From NCBI GenBank assembly GCA_965216785.1, contig OZ244197.1:992001-1056000 (forward strand): a stretch of DNA of 64,000 nucleotides, read 5' to 3'. The position numbers and the translations under genes were made by a program. This DNA is from Thermodesulfobacteriota bacterium (GTDB lineage Bacteria; Desulfobacterota_D; UBA1144; Nemesobacterales; UBA2774). Below, piece after piece: positions 8,964 to 19,252 of this stretch (the first letter of the stretch is position 1; the number at the start of each line of letters is the position of its first letter). The notes under the pieces were generated by a model. The model saw only the letters and a list, made by a program, of their open reading frames with translations, did not search any database and had not been told where the DNA came from.

Positions 8964-10252
8964 TAGAGAGATATTCAAGACCACAAATGACCGCCATATG
9001 GAGCGATCAGGCAAAGTACGAAAACTGGCTAAAGGTCGAGGTCGCGGTGTGCGAGGCCTGGGCTAAGCAAGGGCGTATTCCGAACGAAGCTGTATCGGTG
9101 ATAAAAGAGAAAGCTGGTTTTAACGTAGACAGGATTAACGAGCTTGAAAAAGAGCTTAAGCACGATGTGATCGCTTTTCTTACTTCGGTCTCTGAGCACG
9201 TAGGTGAAGAGTCTAGGTTCATACACCTAGGGCTTACCTCCTCAGACGTCCTCGATACGGCGTTTGCGCTGCAGCTAAGAGATTCTGCCGTCATATTAAT
9301 AGAGGATATAAAAAAGGTGCTCGAAGTGCTGAAGCGCCAGGCCTTTGAGCATAAAGAGACCCCGATGATCGGGAGGACTCACGGCATACACGCAGAGCCC
9401 AAGACCCTAGGGCTTGTCTTTACGCTTTGGTACGATGAGATGCGCCGCAACCTCGCTCGTATGGAAAATGCAAAGGACATTATAAGTGTAGGCAAGATCT
9501 CGGGCGCGGTGGGTACCTTTGCGAACGTTACCCCTGAAGTCGAAGCCGAGGCATGCAGGATTTTAGGCATAAAGCCAGCGAGCATTTCAACTCAAATAGT
9601 ACAGCGTGATATCCATGCCGAGTTTTTCCTGACCCTTTCTATCATAGCTTCTACAATTGAGAAAATAGCTGTTGAGATTAGGCACTTTCAAAGAACAGAG
9701 GTGCTTGAGCTTGAAGAGCCTTTCGGTAAAGGGCAAAAGGGCTCCTCTGCAATGCCCCACAAGCGTAACCCCATACTTTCAGAGAACCTCTGCGGGCTCT
9801 CAAGGCTCGTGCGCTCTTACGCAATTTCGGCGCTTGAGAATATTCCCCTCTGGCACGAGCGCGATATAAGCCACTCTTCGGTTGAAAGGGTGATCGGCCC
9901 AGACGGCACGATACTGCTTGACTTCATGCTCTCCAGACTAGAGTACTTATTGGACGGTCTTCAGGTTTATCCCGAGAACCTGGAAAAGAACATTTGGCAG
10001 ACCGGAGGACTCGTGTTTTCGCAGAAGGTGCTACTTAAGCTCGTAGACAAGGGATTCTCCAGGGAAAGCGCCTATGCCGCGGTGCAGAGAAACGCTATGA
10101 GGACATGGGAAGAAAAGGAGGACTTTAAAGATCTCCTTCTCAAAGACCCCGAGATATCTAACGTAATAACGCCTGAGGAGCTTGAGGAATGCTTTGACGT
10201 AACGGCTGATCTCAAGAACATAGAGGTCATATATGAAAGGGTATTCTCTTAA
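8960..10252 (+). CDS. purB: Adenylosuccinate lyase
   Basis: MIERYSR (TTG at 8960 after AGGAGAGG), HDVIAF, GRTHGIHAEP, GSSAMPHKRNP. Confidence 0.97.
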   Translation: MIERYSRPQMTAIWSDQAKYENWLKVEVAVCEAWAKQGRIPNEAVSVIKEKAGFNVDRINELEKELKHDVIAFLTSVSEHVGEESRFIHLGLTSSDVLDTAFALQLRDSAVILIEDIKKVLEVLKRQAFEHKETPMIGRTHGIHAEPKTLGLVFTLWYDEMRRNLARMENAKDIISVGKISGAVGTFANVTPEVEAEACRILGIKPASISTQIVQRDIHAEFFLTLSIIASTIEKIAVEIRHFQRTEVLELEEPFGKGQKGSSAMPHKRNPILSENLCGLSRLVRSYAISALENIPLWHERDISHSSVERVIGPDGTILLDFMLSRLEYLLDGLQVYPENLEKNIWQTGGLVFSQKVLLKLVDKGFSRESAYAAVQRNAMRTWEEKEDFKDLLLKDPEISNVITPEELEECFDVTADLKNIEVIYERVFS

Positions 10253-10273
10253 TATTCTTTCCCGACCGGTTAT

Positions 10274-10440
10274 TTGATTTTATACCCCCTGATCGCACTT
10301 CGTACTCCGGCCCGCCCCCATCAGCGTCGCTGTGGAACGCTCGCCTCTACCCTCTTGATTTTATACCCCCCGATCGCACTTCGTACTCCGGCCCGCCCCC
10401 ATTGGCATCGCTGTGGAACGCTCGCCTCCGCCCCCCATTA
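10274..10440 (-). repeat. Dispersed hairpin repeat: two tandem 81-nt A+B units
   Basis: TTGATTTTATACCCC starts at 10274 and 10355; the reverse complement is nearly identical to 12061-12141. Confidence 0.92.
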
Positions 10441-10502
10441 TTCTGTTGCTTTGTAAACATTCAGTGGTATAGTTTTAGCTAACAAAAGTTAGGAGGTAAG
10501 TA

Positions 10503-11636
10503 ATGAGATTTAGACTATTTGGAGTGGCACTACTAGCTCTTACGTTATTTACGATTGGAAATACCATACCGGCTTCCGCGATGTCCGCGGACGAGTCTGC
10601 AAGGCTGGTAAAGTTTTTTCAAAACCGCTTTGGGACCAACATGCCTCCCGGAACGGAGATAACCGTTAAAGCCGATAAGACTAGCGCATTAAAAGGTTTG
10701 CAGACAGGTAATTTTGTAATCAAGACAGCTGACGGCCAGACTCAAGACGTAGCATTCGTAGCCAGTGAAGACGGGAAATATGTGCTGGTCGGAAGTCTGG
10801 GCGACACAAAGAAATTTGAAGATACACCTATTAAAGGTCTTAAAAAGGGCTCTATCCCTATGGCCCGCGGTGAATTTCCCATATTTGTATCCGCGGACGG
10901 TCAGCATATGATAGTGGGTAACGAGATTGTATCGATAAAGTCATTTAAAGAATCAAAGCTTACAGGACTTAAGGAAGGTACGTTCAACATGGGAAACCGT
11001 GAGGTGCCTATATTCGTAAGCAGCTCCGGACAGTATCTAATACTAGATGTTACTGGCGGAGGAATTTACGACTCTACAATAGATCCTCACAAAGAGGCTA
11101 TGGAAAAGATTTCGCTTGAGGATGTTCCCACTAAAGGCGCTGATGATGCGACTGTGGTAGTAGTTGAATACTCCGATTTCCAGTGCCCGTTCTGTAAGCG
11201 CGGAAAGGATATGCTCCCGGAGCTCCTGAAAACTTACGACGGAAAAATCAAAATTGCATACAAGCAGCTTCCTCTGAGAAACCATAACTGGGCAATGCCC
11301 GCTGCGATAGCTTCAGTATGCGCTTACCAGCAGGGTAACGACAAGTTCTGGGAATTCCATGATTTGGTATTCGACAATCAAAAAGAGATTAAGCTTGAAA
11401 ATTCAGAAGATACATTTAAAGGATACGCAAAGGACCTGGGGCTCGATCCCAAGAAATTTGATGCCTGTATAGCTGATGAAGCAGTAGCTGCGAGGGTGAA
11501 TAGTGAGGTTGAAGAAGCCATTTCGATCGGCGTTCAATCCACACCTACTTTCGTTGTAAACGGCATGATAGTGCAGGGCGCAAATCCTGACGGTCTGAAA
11601 TCAGCAATAGATTTGAAACTGTCTGAGGGTTCCTAA
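10503..11636 (+). CDS. Periplasmic DsbA/DsbC-family thiol-disulfide oxidoreductase with three N-terminal DsbC_N-like repeats
   Basis: Signal peptide; EYSDFQCPFC; GVQSTPTFVVNG; three S/T-x-x-x-GL...F/VS.DG.Y repeats. Confidence 0.85.
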   Translation: MRFRLFGVALLALTLFTIGNTIPASAMSADESARLVKFFQNRFGTNMPPGTEITVKADKTSALKGLQTGNFVIKTADGQTQDVAFVASEDGKYVLVGSLGDTKKFEDTPIKGLKKGSIPMARGEFPIFVSADGQHMIVGNEIVSIKSFKESKLTGLKEGTFNMGNREVPIFVSSSGQYLILDVTGGGIYDSTIDPHKEAMEKISLEDVPTKGADDATVVVVEYSDFQCPFCKRGKDMLPELLKTYDGKIKIAYKQLPLRNHNWAMPAAIASVCAYQQGNDKFWEFHDLVFDNQKEIKLENSEDTFKGYAKDLGLDPKKFDACIADEAVAARVNSEVEEAISIGVQSTPTFVVNGMIVQGANPDGLKSAIDLKLSEGS

Positions 11637-11655
11637 TACGCACCACCAGACGCTC

Positions 11656-11730
11656 AAACTGCACCTCATCCCAAAAGGTATATTTGATTATATTTATTCA
11701 GCAGTTCCTTGGGGTAAGGTGCAGTTTTTT
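11656..11730 (+). terminator. Long-stem, large-loop hairpin followed by a U tract
   Basis: AAACTGCACCT...AGGTGCAGTTTTTT with additional inner pairing. Confidence 0.6.
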
Positions 11731-11762
11731 ATTTATGCAGTTATTTATAGGCAAAAACAGCC

Positions 11763-12800
11763 ATGAAATGTCCCAATTGCGGATTCAACAGTTTTGATTA
11801 CTTAGAAGAATGCAAGAAATGTAAACTGCCTCTAAACCCGCCTCAGGAATATAAATCCCTTTATAAAAAAGTCCCGAGGGAAACGGTTGCTGACTCTATA
11901 AGTCTTGAGGAATCTAGGGTAGAAAAGACCCGGGGTTATGGAGAAGTTGAAAACGGTCCGAAATATAAAGCCGCATCGGACAGTATTCAGGACAATTCAC
12001 AAACCACATCCTCCGACAGCGAACCTGATTTAGAGCAGGGCTTGCCAGGTTACTATAGCCGGGGGCGGAGGCGAGCGATTCACAGCGATGCCGGTGGGGG
12101 CGGGCCGGAGCGCGAAGTGCGATCGGGGGGTATAAAATCAAGAGGACAGAGGCGAGCGCTTCACAGCGATGCCGAGGCGGGTATAAAATCAGAGCGAGCG
12201 ATTGACAGTACACAGGGTGAAGGCCCTGAAATTCAAGCGCCCGAGCTTGGTACGGAGTCCGGGGTTCCTGACGAGCTTGAGCGCCGTTCCCATGATCCTA
12301 TTTTATATTCTGAATCCAATGTCTCCCAAAGCGCAACTAACTTAGCAGGAGCGACTGATTCAAAGGAGGAAACGGAATCATACAGCATAGCAGGACTAAA
12401 GCTCAGAGCTGCCGCATTTGCAATTGATCTTGTGATAATAAGCTTTATAACCTATCTCACCATCGGAGCCGGTTTCCTTCTTCTGGGTGATACAGCTTTA
12501 ACACCAACAGAGCTCAGTAGAGTGTACCTGCCAATATTCGCGCTACTGTTCTTCCTGGCTTCCACGTACTTTGTGTTCCTTCATTACTATTCGGGAAGGA
12601 CGCTCGGGAAGATGGCTGTCGGTATAAAAGTAATAAGCTCTGAGGGGGATGAGCTTGGACTCTGGGAGTCTTTTATGAGGTGGGTAGGGTACTATATATC
12701 AGCTGTTTTTTTATTCGCCGGATTTATCTGGTCTGTATTCGATCGCGACTCTCAAGCATGGCACGATAAGATCGCAGGTACATACGTAGTAATAGGATGA
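11763..12800 (+). CDS. Zinc-ribbon + RDD family membrane protein carrying an in-frame repeat insertion
   Basis: CPNC...CKKC; RAAAFAID, GRTLGKMAVGIKV, WHDKIAGTYVV. Confidence 0.88.
   Translation: MKCPNCGFNSFDYLEECKKCKLPLNPPQEYKSLYKKVPRETVADSISLEESRVEKTRGYGEVENGPKYKAASDSIQDNSQTTSSDSEPDLEQGLPGYYSRGRRRAIHSDAGGGGPEREVRSGGIKSRGQRRALHSDAEAGIKSERAIDSTQGEGPEIQAPELGTESGVPDELERRSHDPILYSESNVSQSATNLAGATDSKEETESYSIAGLKLRAAAFAIDLVIISFITYLTIGAGFLLLGDTALTPTELSRVYLPIFALLFFLASTYFVFLHYYSGRTLGKMAVGIKVISSEGDELGLWESFMRWVGYYISAVFLFAGFIWSVFDRDSQAWHDKIAGTYVVIG
12061..12208 (+). repeat. Dispersed hairpin repeat inside a CDS (A+B, A plus shortened B, partial A)
   Basis: GCGAGCG cores at 12071, 12152 and 12194 (spacings 81 and 42, both multiples of 3). 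Confidence 0.9.
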
Positions 12801-12807
12801 TACATAT

Positions 12808-14070
12808 ATGAAACCACTTGAAATTTTAAACGAACGAATAAGCGAAAAGAAAACGGAGCTTGAATCCTGGGTAGCGGCACAGACTGAGAAGGTGCTCGTT
12901 CCTCTTTACACCTCAGTTGATTTGAGGGTATCGGACTACAAGATTGCTCCTGTGGATACCAACGTATTCCCTGCGGGGTTTAATAACCTGTCTCAAAAAT
13001 TCAGAGACCACGCCTCGGAGTTATTTAGGGATTATATAGTAAGGAAATATCCCAAAGTAAAGAGCATACTTATCATCCCCGAGCTCAATACCAGAAACCA
13101 GTTTTATTGGGAGAATATTTCCGTACTAAAGTCGATATTAGAGAAAGTGGACTACAAGGTGCAAGTGGGAATAGTAAGTGACGACTTCTATCACGACGAA
13201 ATGAGCTTTAAAGCCCTGGATGGAAAAGAGGTCTTGGTCTATAAAGTTATAAAAGACGGACACCGGGTAGTGACTACTGCAGGCGATCCAGATCTTATAC
13301 TTATCAATAATGATTTCTCGGATAAATGCCCGAAAACGCTTAGAGATATTGTTCAGCCAGTGGAGCCCCCGGTTGAGATCGGCTGGCACACCAGAAGAAA
13401 GAGCGTCCATTTTGAGTACTACAATAAGCTTGCAGGTGAAGTTGCGGATATTTTAGACATCGACCCAGCTACCATATCTATCAAAACTGTTCCTGAAGAA
13501 GGAGTAAACTTTGACAGCCCGGAAGACCGCGATAGAGCGGCTAAGTGCGTTGAGTCAATCATGGAAGAGCTCAAGGAAGAATACGTCAGAATGGGTATCG
13601 ATTATGATCCCTATCTTTTTCTTAAGAGTAACTCCGGCACTTACGGGATGGCTGTAATGAGCGTTAAAGACTCAGAGGGAGTGAGATCGCTTAACTCAGA
13701 GGGCAGAAAGCGCATGAGGGTAAGTAAGGGCGGAAAACCCGTAAGGGATATTGTGATACAGGAGGGTATACCCACATCACTTACGCTTAGCTCGGGCGCT
13801 TCGGCCGAGCCTGTGATTTATCTTGTGCAAGCGCAAGCGGTCGGAGGATTCCTCAGGCTCAATAAGTCCAAAGACACACTTGAGAACTTAAATACTAGAG
13901 GGATGGAGTTTTCTGACATGTACTCCCCGGATGATCCGTTAAATAAAGAAAACGGCGGAGCGGTATTAACACCTGCTTATGAGCTGCTTGCTTGCGTTGC
14001 CAGTATAGCAACAGGCTACGAAGTAGAAAAGATACTTGAAGAAGGCGGCTGTAAAGAAGAGGTATCTTAA
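12808..14070 (+). CDS. gshA: Glutamate--cysteine ligase (Acidithiobacillus/betaproteobacterial GshA type)
   Basis: PLYTSVDLR...APVDTNVFPAGFNNL, LINND, GWHTRRKS.HF, GTYGM, QEG, ENLN..GMEF. Confidence 0.85.
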   Translation: MKPLEILNERISEKKTELESWVAAQTEKVLVPLYTSVDLRVSDYKIAPVDTNVFPAGFNNLSQKFRDHASELFRDYIVRKYPKVKSILIIPELNTRNQFYWENISVLKSILEKVDYKVQVGIVSDDFYHDEMSFKALDGKEVLVYKVIKDGHRVVTTAGDPDLILINNDFSDKCPKTLRDIVQPVEPPVEIGWHTRRKSVHFEYYNKLAGEVADILDIDPATISIKTVPEEGVNFDSPEDRDRAAKCVESIMEELKEEYVRMGIDYDPYLFLKSNSGTYGMAVMSVKDSEGVRSLNSEGRKRMRVSKGGKPVRDIVIQEGIPTSLTLSSGASAEPVIYLVQAQAVGGFLRLNKSKDTLENLNTRGMEFSDMYSPDDPLNKENGGAVLTPAYELLACVASIATGYEVEKILEEGGCKEEVS

Positions 14071-14115
14071 CCTTTTCCCTTAGAATCAGTGCATATCTCG
14101 GATTTAATATATAAA

Positions 14116-15498
14116 CTATGCGGGCTTTTTGGCTTCTTCCGCTTCTTTCGCTTTAGCAAGGTCGATAGTACGTTTTAACAGAACAGTATAGATCGGTCTA
14201 CCACCTAGTCCCTGCGCGACTATTGATGCTGTCATACAGGTAATTATGAGTGGGAGAATCAGCCAGTAATTACCCGTCATTTCTATCGTAAGCACTATAC
14301 CGGTCAGGGGGGCTCTCACTGTCGCGCAAAATAGTGCAGCCATACCGGCTACTGCAAATATCTCGGGTTGTACAACCATGTCCGGCAGTAGAAAATGGGC
14401 GAAGTTCCCGTACCACATGCCGAATAGAGTGCCCAGAGCAAGCATGGGGGCAAAAATGCCGCCCGTAGCGCCGGATCCGTAGCTTATCATTGTGGTTCCG
14501 AAACGTATAATGAAAAGTAAGAGCAGTATCATTACGGGGATAGAGCCTGAAATTGCCTTTGGTATAACGATGTAGCCCCCGCCAATCGTGTCCGGGAATA
14601 GAAAAACCAGTGCGCCGATCAGCCCTCCCACAAATATTCCGGAGTATGTGTAGAGCCATCCTTTAAGGTTAGTGAAAAAGTCTAGCGTCCAAATAAGCAG
14701 CCTATTGAAAATAAAGCCGAATATGCCGAATACAAAGCCGAATATTAAGAATAACCACAGTGACTTAAGAGGCGGTACGGGCAGCATGTGCATCTGTATA
14801 TCAGGCTGCTGGCCCATGAGTAGGCGGAGAACTATGTCCGCCGATGCGCAGGCAATGAGCACGGCCTGAACCGACAGGAAATTATATTTAAATTCGGGGC
14901 GCATCTCCTCGAATACGAAAAGAATTCCGGCAAGCGGGGCGTTAAACGCGGCCGCCAAACCTCCGCCTGAGCCTGCCGCGATAAGCGTATGAGTGTCGTC
15001 TTTATTTAACTTAGTGAAGTCAGATACCATCTGGCCCAGGTTACCGCCCATCTGAATCGTAGGGCCTTCACGACCCATTACCAGTCCGCTCCCTAGGGAA
15101 AGGAGACCTGCAACAAACTTCACAGGGAGCACCCTTTTCCATCTTACGGGTCTGGCATCTTCGAGTGCACCTTCCATTTCCTGAACACCGCTCCCTCCTG
15201 TCTCCGGGGCAATCTTTCTGACCAGGAGGAGAGCAAGAAACACCATAACCGCCGAAAGTACAATCGAGGCAACAAGCGGTAAAACGGGGGTACCTGAGAA
15301 AAGAGCCATGAAAGCGTCTTTCATATCGGCAAATCTGGCAAGAGCAATTTGAAAAACTCCGCCCACAAAGCCGGTCAGTGCCCCTACAAGCAATGCCCAG
15401 AACATGATCGGGCTGTTGCGTTTTTCGGTCTCCAGGAACCTTCTGACCACTTTACCTACATTAGTGGAATCCTCAGGTTTTCTTGAGTGGAATTTCAT
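14116..15498 (-). CDS. clcA: H+/Cl- exchange transporter ClcA
   Basis: GSGVQE, GREGPTIQMG, AFNAPLAGILF..EE, GGIFAPMLALG, PIY. Confidence 0.92.
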   Translation of the reverse strand: MKFHSRKPEDSTNVGKVVRRFLETEKRNSPIMFWALLVGALTGFVGGVFQIALARFADMKDAFMALFSGTPVLPLVASIVLSAVMVFLALLLVRKIAPETGGSGVQEMEGALEDARPVRWKRVLPVKFVAGLLSLGSGLVMGREGPTIQMGGNLGQMVSDFTKLNKDDTHTLIAAGSGGGLAAAFNAPLAGILFVFEEMRPEFKYNFLSVQAVLIACASADIVLRLLMGQQPDIQMHMLPVPPLKSLWLFLIFGFVFGIFGFIFNRLLIWTLDFFTNLKGWLYTYSGIFVGGLIGALVFLFPDTIGGGYIVIPKAISGSIPVMILLLLFIIRFGTTMISYGSGATGGIFAPMLALGTLFGMWYGNFAHFLLPDMVVQPEIFAVAGMAALFCATVRAPLTGIVLTIEMTGNYWLILPLIITCMTASIVAQGLGGRPIYTVLLKRTIDLAKAKEAEEAKKPA

Positions 15499-15630
15499 CC
15501 ATCGCTCCTATTTCATTAACAGCTGCAGGCAAATTCTGCATAGTATAAGAATATACTCAATATCCGATGCGCGATGCGAGTAGTATGTTTATAATCTAAT
15601 TTTAGCTCAATATCAATATCGGCGCGGGAT

Positions 15631-16593
15631 TTATTTAAGCTCCCCGCGGTTGTGGGGTGCGGATAAGTCGATTTGTGGTCCTAAAGGGACTATGCCTGTA
15701 GGGTTTATAGACTTGTGGCTCTTAAAGTAATGCTCTTTAATATGTGTGAAGTTTACGGTGTCCTTCACACCCGGGTACTGATAAAGCTCACGGAGATAGT
15801 GTGAGAGGTTTGGGTAGTCCTTTATGTGACGCAGGTTGCATTTAAAGTGGGTGTAGTATACGGGATCGAACCTTAGTAGTGTGGTAAAAAGCCGCCAGTC
15901 GGCCTCGGTCAGCCTTTCGCCTAATAAATATCTTCTGCTTGAAAGCCTCTTGTCGATATCGTCTAACGTATTGAACAACGCGTAAAATGATTCCTGGTAC
16001 GCCTCCTGGGTAGTCGCGAAACCGCAGCGGTATACGCCGTTATTTACGTTTGCGTAAACAAGCTCGTTAATCTCGTCTATCTCATTCCTAAGCTCAAGGG
16101 GACAAAAGTCCAGATCTTCGTCACCGAACTCATTGAATTCAGAGTTGAGCATACGGATAATTTCTGCGGATTCATTGTTTACTATTGTTTCGGACTTCTT
16201 ATCCCAAAGCACCGGTACGGTTACCCTTCCGGTATAATTTGGCTCTACGGCCGTATAAATCTCATGCAGATAGCGTGCGCCGTTTATGTTATCGGGCACT
16301 GAGCCAGGATAGTCCGTGAATTCCCATCCTTGAGCTCCCAGGATTGGGTTAACTATTGAGACGGAGATTATATCCTCAAGCATCTTAAGCTTTCTGAATA
16401 TCAGAGTCCTGTGCGCCCAGGGGCATGCGTAGCTTACGTACAGGTGGTAGCGTTCCGGCTCGGCCTTAAACCCAGAAGAGCCGTCCGCAGTTATGTGGTC
16501 TCTGAAAGCGGATTTCTGTCTTACAAAGCGCCCGCCTGTGGACTTTGTATCGTACCATTTATCCTGCCATTTACCGTCAACAAGTAGACCCAT
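15631..16593 (-). CDS. Glutathionyl-hydroquinone reductase (GST Xi/omega-like, YqjG family)
   Basis: MGLLVDGKW, YVSYACPWAHR, TVPVLWD, NNESAEIIR, INPTGIVP. Confidence 0.92.
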   Translation of the reverse strand: MGLLVDGKWQDKWYDTKSTGGRFVRQKSAFRDHITADGSSGFKAEPERYHLYVSYACPWAHRTLIFRKLKMLEDIISVSIVNPILGAQGWEFTDYPGSVPDNINGARYLHEIYTAVEPNYTGRVTVPVLWDKKSETIVNNESAEIIRMLNSEFNEFGDEDLDFCPLELRNEIDEINELVYANVNNGVYRCGFATTQEAYQESFYALFNTLDDIDKRLSSRRYLLGERLTEADWRLFTTLLRFDPVYYTHFKCNLRHIKDYPNLSHYLRELYQYPGVKDTVNFTHIKEHYFKSHKSINPTGIVPLGPQIDLSAPHNRGELK

Positions 16594-16607
16594 GTTTAAG
16601 AGTAGTC

Positions 16608-17036
16608 CTAGTAGTCAGTGATATTTTTATAAGCAAGCACTTTTGTTGGTGAGATTCTTACAGTTAGCTCACCCTCTGATGAGTTTCTTTTGCCGAATTC
16701 CTCAGCCCGGTCTTCTCCCATGTACTTTCTTCCGATACGAGTGGCCCAGTGAAGCGCCTCCTCAAAGTCGTCTGACATCTCAGCAATACCTTCGACTGTG
16801 ACAAACGAGTACGGGGGAGCCTGATCGTCCATGCTCATCGATACCCTAGGGTCACGTATCATGTTCTTTGCTTTTATTGATTGTGGCCCGGTATTAAATA
16901 CTATCTTGTCACCGTCGAGCACAAACCAAATCGGCACAACGTGGGGCCTGCCGTCTTTTCTTACCGTTGCCAGCTTTCCCGTCTTTGTTCCGCTGTGTAG
17001 AAATTCGGAGATTTCTTCTTTAGTCATTTCCTTCAA
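16608..17036 (-). CDS. PPOX-class (putative F420-dependent) oxidoreductase
   Basis: GKLATVRKDGRPHVVPIWF, KAKNMIRDPRV. Confidence 0.85.
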   Translation of the reverse strand: MKEMTKEEISEFLHSGTKTGKLATVRKDGRPHVVPIWFVLDGDKIVFNTGPQSIKAKNMIRDPRVSMSMDDQAPPYSFVTVEGIAEMSDDFEEALHWATRIGRKYMGEDRAEEFGKRNSSEGELTVRISPTKVLAYKNITDY

Positions 17037-17099
17037 TTTCGCTTCCCTTACCCCATGTTGGAATTCTTTCTATGAATCTAATAATTATTGTGATGTTCT

Positions 17100-18482
17100 T
17101 TACCATCCCTCTGATTCTTTTTTCGCTTTCTCTATCATAGAAAGTACGTTTTCTCTTGCGGTGCCCCCGTAGGACTTTCTACTTTCAATTGAGCCGTCAA
17201 GGGTAATATACTCAAACAGATCATCACCGAACTCCTTTGAGAACATCTGGTATTCCGATATATGAAGGTTCAAAAGCTCTCTACCTTTTTCTTCCGCATA
17301 GCTTACTATCTTGCCAGTGATTTCATGGGACTGCCTGAAAGGCACTCCCTTGCGTGCCAGATAGTCCGCGACATCGGTTGCTGTGATGAACCCGTCGTCG
17401 AGCGCCTGTTTCATGTTGCCGTGCTTAAACTCAATATTGCCCATCATCTCAAGAAGTACTTCCAGAGAAGCCTTTACTGTGTCAACTGTGTCAAACATCG
17501 GCTCTTTATCTTCCTGCATATCACGGTTGTAGGAGAACGGAAGTCCTTTCATTATGGTGAGTATGGCCGTGAGATTGCCGTAGACGCGTCCCGTTTTGCC
17601 CCTGATTAGCTCTGCCATATCGGGGTTTCTCTTCTGCGGCATTATGCTCGAGCCCGTAGTGAACTCATCTCCCAGGTCAGCGAAATCAAACTCTTTAGTG
17701 CTCCACAATACCAGCTCTTCTGATATCCTGCTCATGTGGTTCATAAGGGTTGCGGATACGGAGATGAATTCTATTATAAAGTCCCTGTCACTTACGGTAT
17801 CAAGGCTGTTCTGGGAGATCTTTGGAAACTCAAGGGTGCGCGCTACGTGCTCTCTATCTATCGGGAAAGTCGTACCCGCGCCCGCGCCCGCGCCAAGCGG
17901 CATCACGTTTACCCTGTCCAAACAGTCCAGATACCTTTCTCTATCTCTCTTGAGCATCTCATATAGCGCCAAGAGGTGATGTGAGAGTAGTATGGGCTGG
18001 CCCCTTTGAAGATGGGTGTAAAGGGGTATTACAGCGTCGATATTTTCCTCGGCCTGATAGACCAAACACTCGGAAAGCGCTTTTAAAAGGGCGAGTATCT
18101 CGTTTATCTCGCCTCGCAGATAAAGGCGCATGTCTAGCGCAACCTGGTCGTTTCTGCTTCGTGCGGTGTGGATTTTCCCACCTACGTCGCCGATTTTTTC
18201 TATAAGACGCTTTTCAATATTAAGGTGAATATCCTCAAACTCTTCCTTAAACGGGAATTTGCCCGCCTCTATCTCTTTTTGTATAGCTATGAGACCTTTT
18301 ATGATCTTATTGGCCTCTTTTTGACTGATGATCTCAGTCTCTGCCAGCATCTGGGCATGAGCTATGCTCCCCTCGATGTCTTCTCTGTACAGCCTTTTAT
18401 CAAAGTCTATTGAGGCTGAAAAGCCTTCCGCTACTTTATGAGTGCCTTTTTTGAAACGTCCTGCCCAAGGTTTCTTAATCAA
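17100..18482 (-). CDS. argH: Argininosuccinate lyase
   Basis: WAGRF, EDIH.NIE, HTARSRNDQVA, GSSIMPQKRNPD, YNRDMQEDKE. Confidence 0.97.
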   Translation of the reverse strand: MIKKPWAGRFKKGTHKVAEGFSASIDFDKRLYREDIEGSIAHAQMLAETEIISQKEANKIIKGLIAIQKEIEAGKFPFKEEFEDIHLNIEKRLIEKIGDVGGKIHTARSRNDQVALDMRLYLRGEINEILALLKALSECLVYQAEENIDAVIPLYTHLQRGQPILLSHHLLALYEMLKRDRERYLDCLDRVNVMPLGAGAGAGTTFPIDREHVARTLEFPKISQNSLDTVSDRDFIIEFISVSATLMNHMSRISEELVLWSTKEFDFADLGDEFTTGSSIMPQKRNPDMAELIRGKTGRVYGNLTAILTIMKGLPFSYNRDMQEDKEPMFDTVDTVKASLEVLLEMMGNIEFKHGNMKQALDDGFITATDVADYLARKGVPFRQSHEITGKIVSYAEEKGRELLNLHISEYQMFSKEFGDDLFEYITLDGSIESRKSYGGTARENVLSMIEKAKKESEGW

Positions 18483-18643
18483 TAGCTTTCTCCCGGTCTC
18501 TGCTGAATATCACAATATATTACCAAGAATTTCCCGATCATCTAATCGTAATGCTTAGAACTGTATCATTTTTGAGAGCTTTGTGCACACTCGTTCACAT
18601 AGATAATTGTCCCCTGGGTAAAAGGAAAAGCTTAAGTCCGGTA

Positions 18644-19105
18644 TTAAAGAGATTTAAGTGACGATAGTGCTTCTTCTACATGTTTTCGGTAGTTTAGCTG
18701 TGAGGAGAAGATACGCCGCACTGTGCCGTCTTTATCAATCACGTATGTTACTCTGCCCGGGAACAGCCCGAGCGTTTTGGGAACGCCGTATAGTTTTCTG
18801 ACTCTACCACCGGGGTCGCTAAGGAGGGTAAAGGGCAGGCCGTAGTCCTCCGAAAACTGTTTGTGAGACTCTACGGTGTCAGAGCTAATCCCAAATACTG
18901 TAGCGCCCTGAATATTCCTGAATTCATCAAAACTATCCCTGAAAGCGCAGGCCTCTTTTGTGCAAACTGTAGTATTATCTTTTGGATAGAAGTAAAGCAC
19001 AACCGGGCTCTTGCCTATAAGTCCTGAAAGATAGATCGTTTCGTCGTCTTGAGACTGTAGACTGAAAAGCGGAGCCTTGTCACCTACTTTTATACGGTTT
19101 GACAT
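18644..19105 (-). CDS. Peroxiredoxin (BCP/PrxQ family)
   Basis: YFYPKDNTTVCTKEACAFRD. Confidence 0.92.
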   Translation of the reverse strand: MSNRIKVGDKAPLFSLQSQDDETIYLSGLIGKSPVVLYFYPKDNTTVCTKEACAFRDSFDEFRNIQGATVFGISSDTVESHKQFSEDYGLPFTLLSDPGGRVRKLYGVPKTLGLFPGRVTYVIDKDGTVRRIFSSQLNYRKHVEEALSSLKSL

Positions 19106-19252
19106 TTGAGCCTCGCGTCCTTTCGTAAGGGATTTAAATACAGGGCTGCGGTAGTCATACTATGATTGTTAGTATAGAGTTTGCTATTAAAACCGCAATC
19201 GTTTTGGTGCACAGTGATTACTAGTAACTCGATTAAGAGAGAGGTGAAAACA

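Noticed and set aside
10274-10456. 60-aa ORF (and ORFs 2253-2498, 3442-3657, 11914-12213)
   Set aside because: These are translations of the dispersed repeat or antisense frames; no RBS or independent coding evidence.
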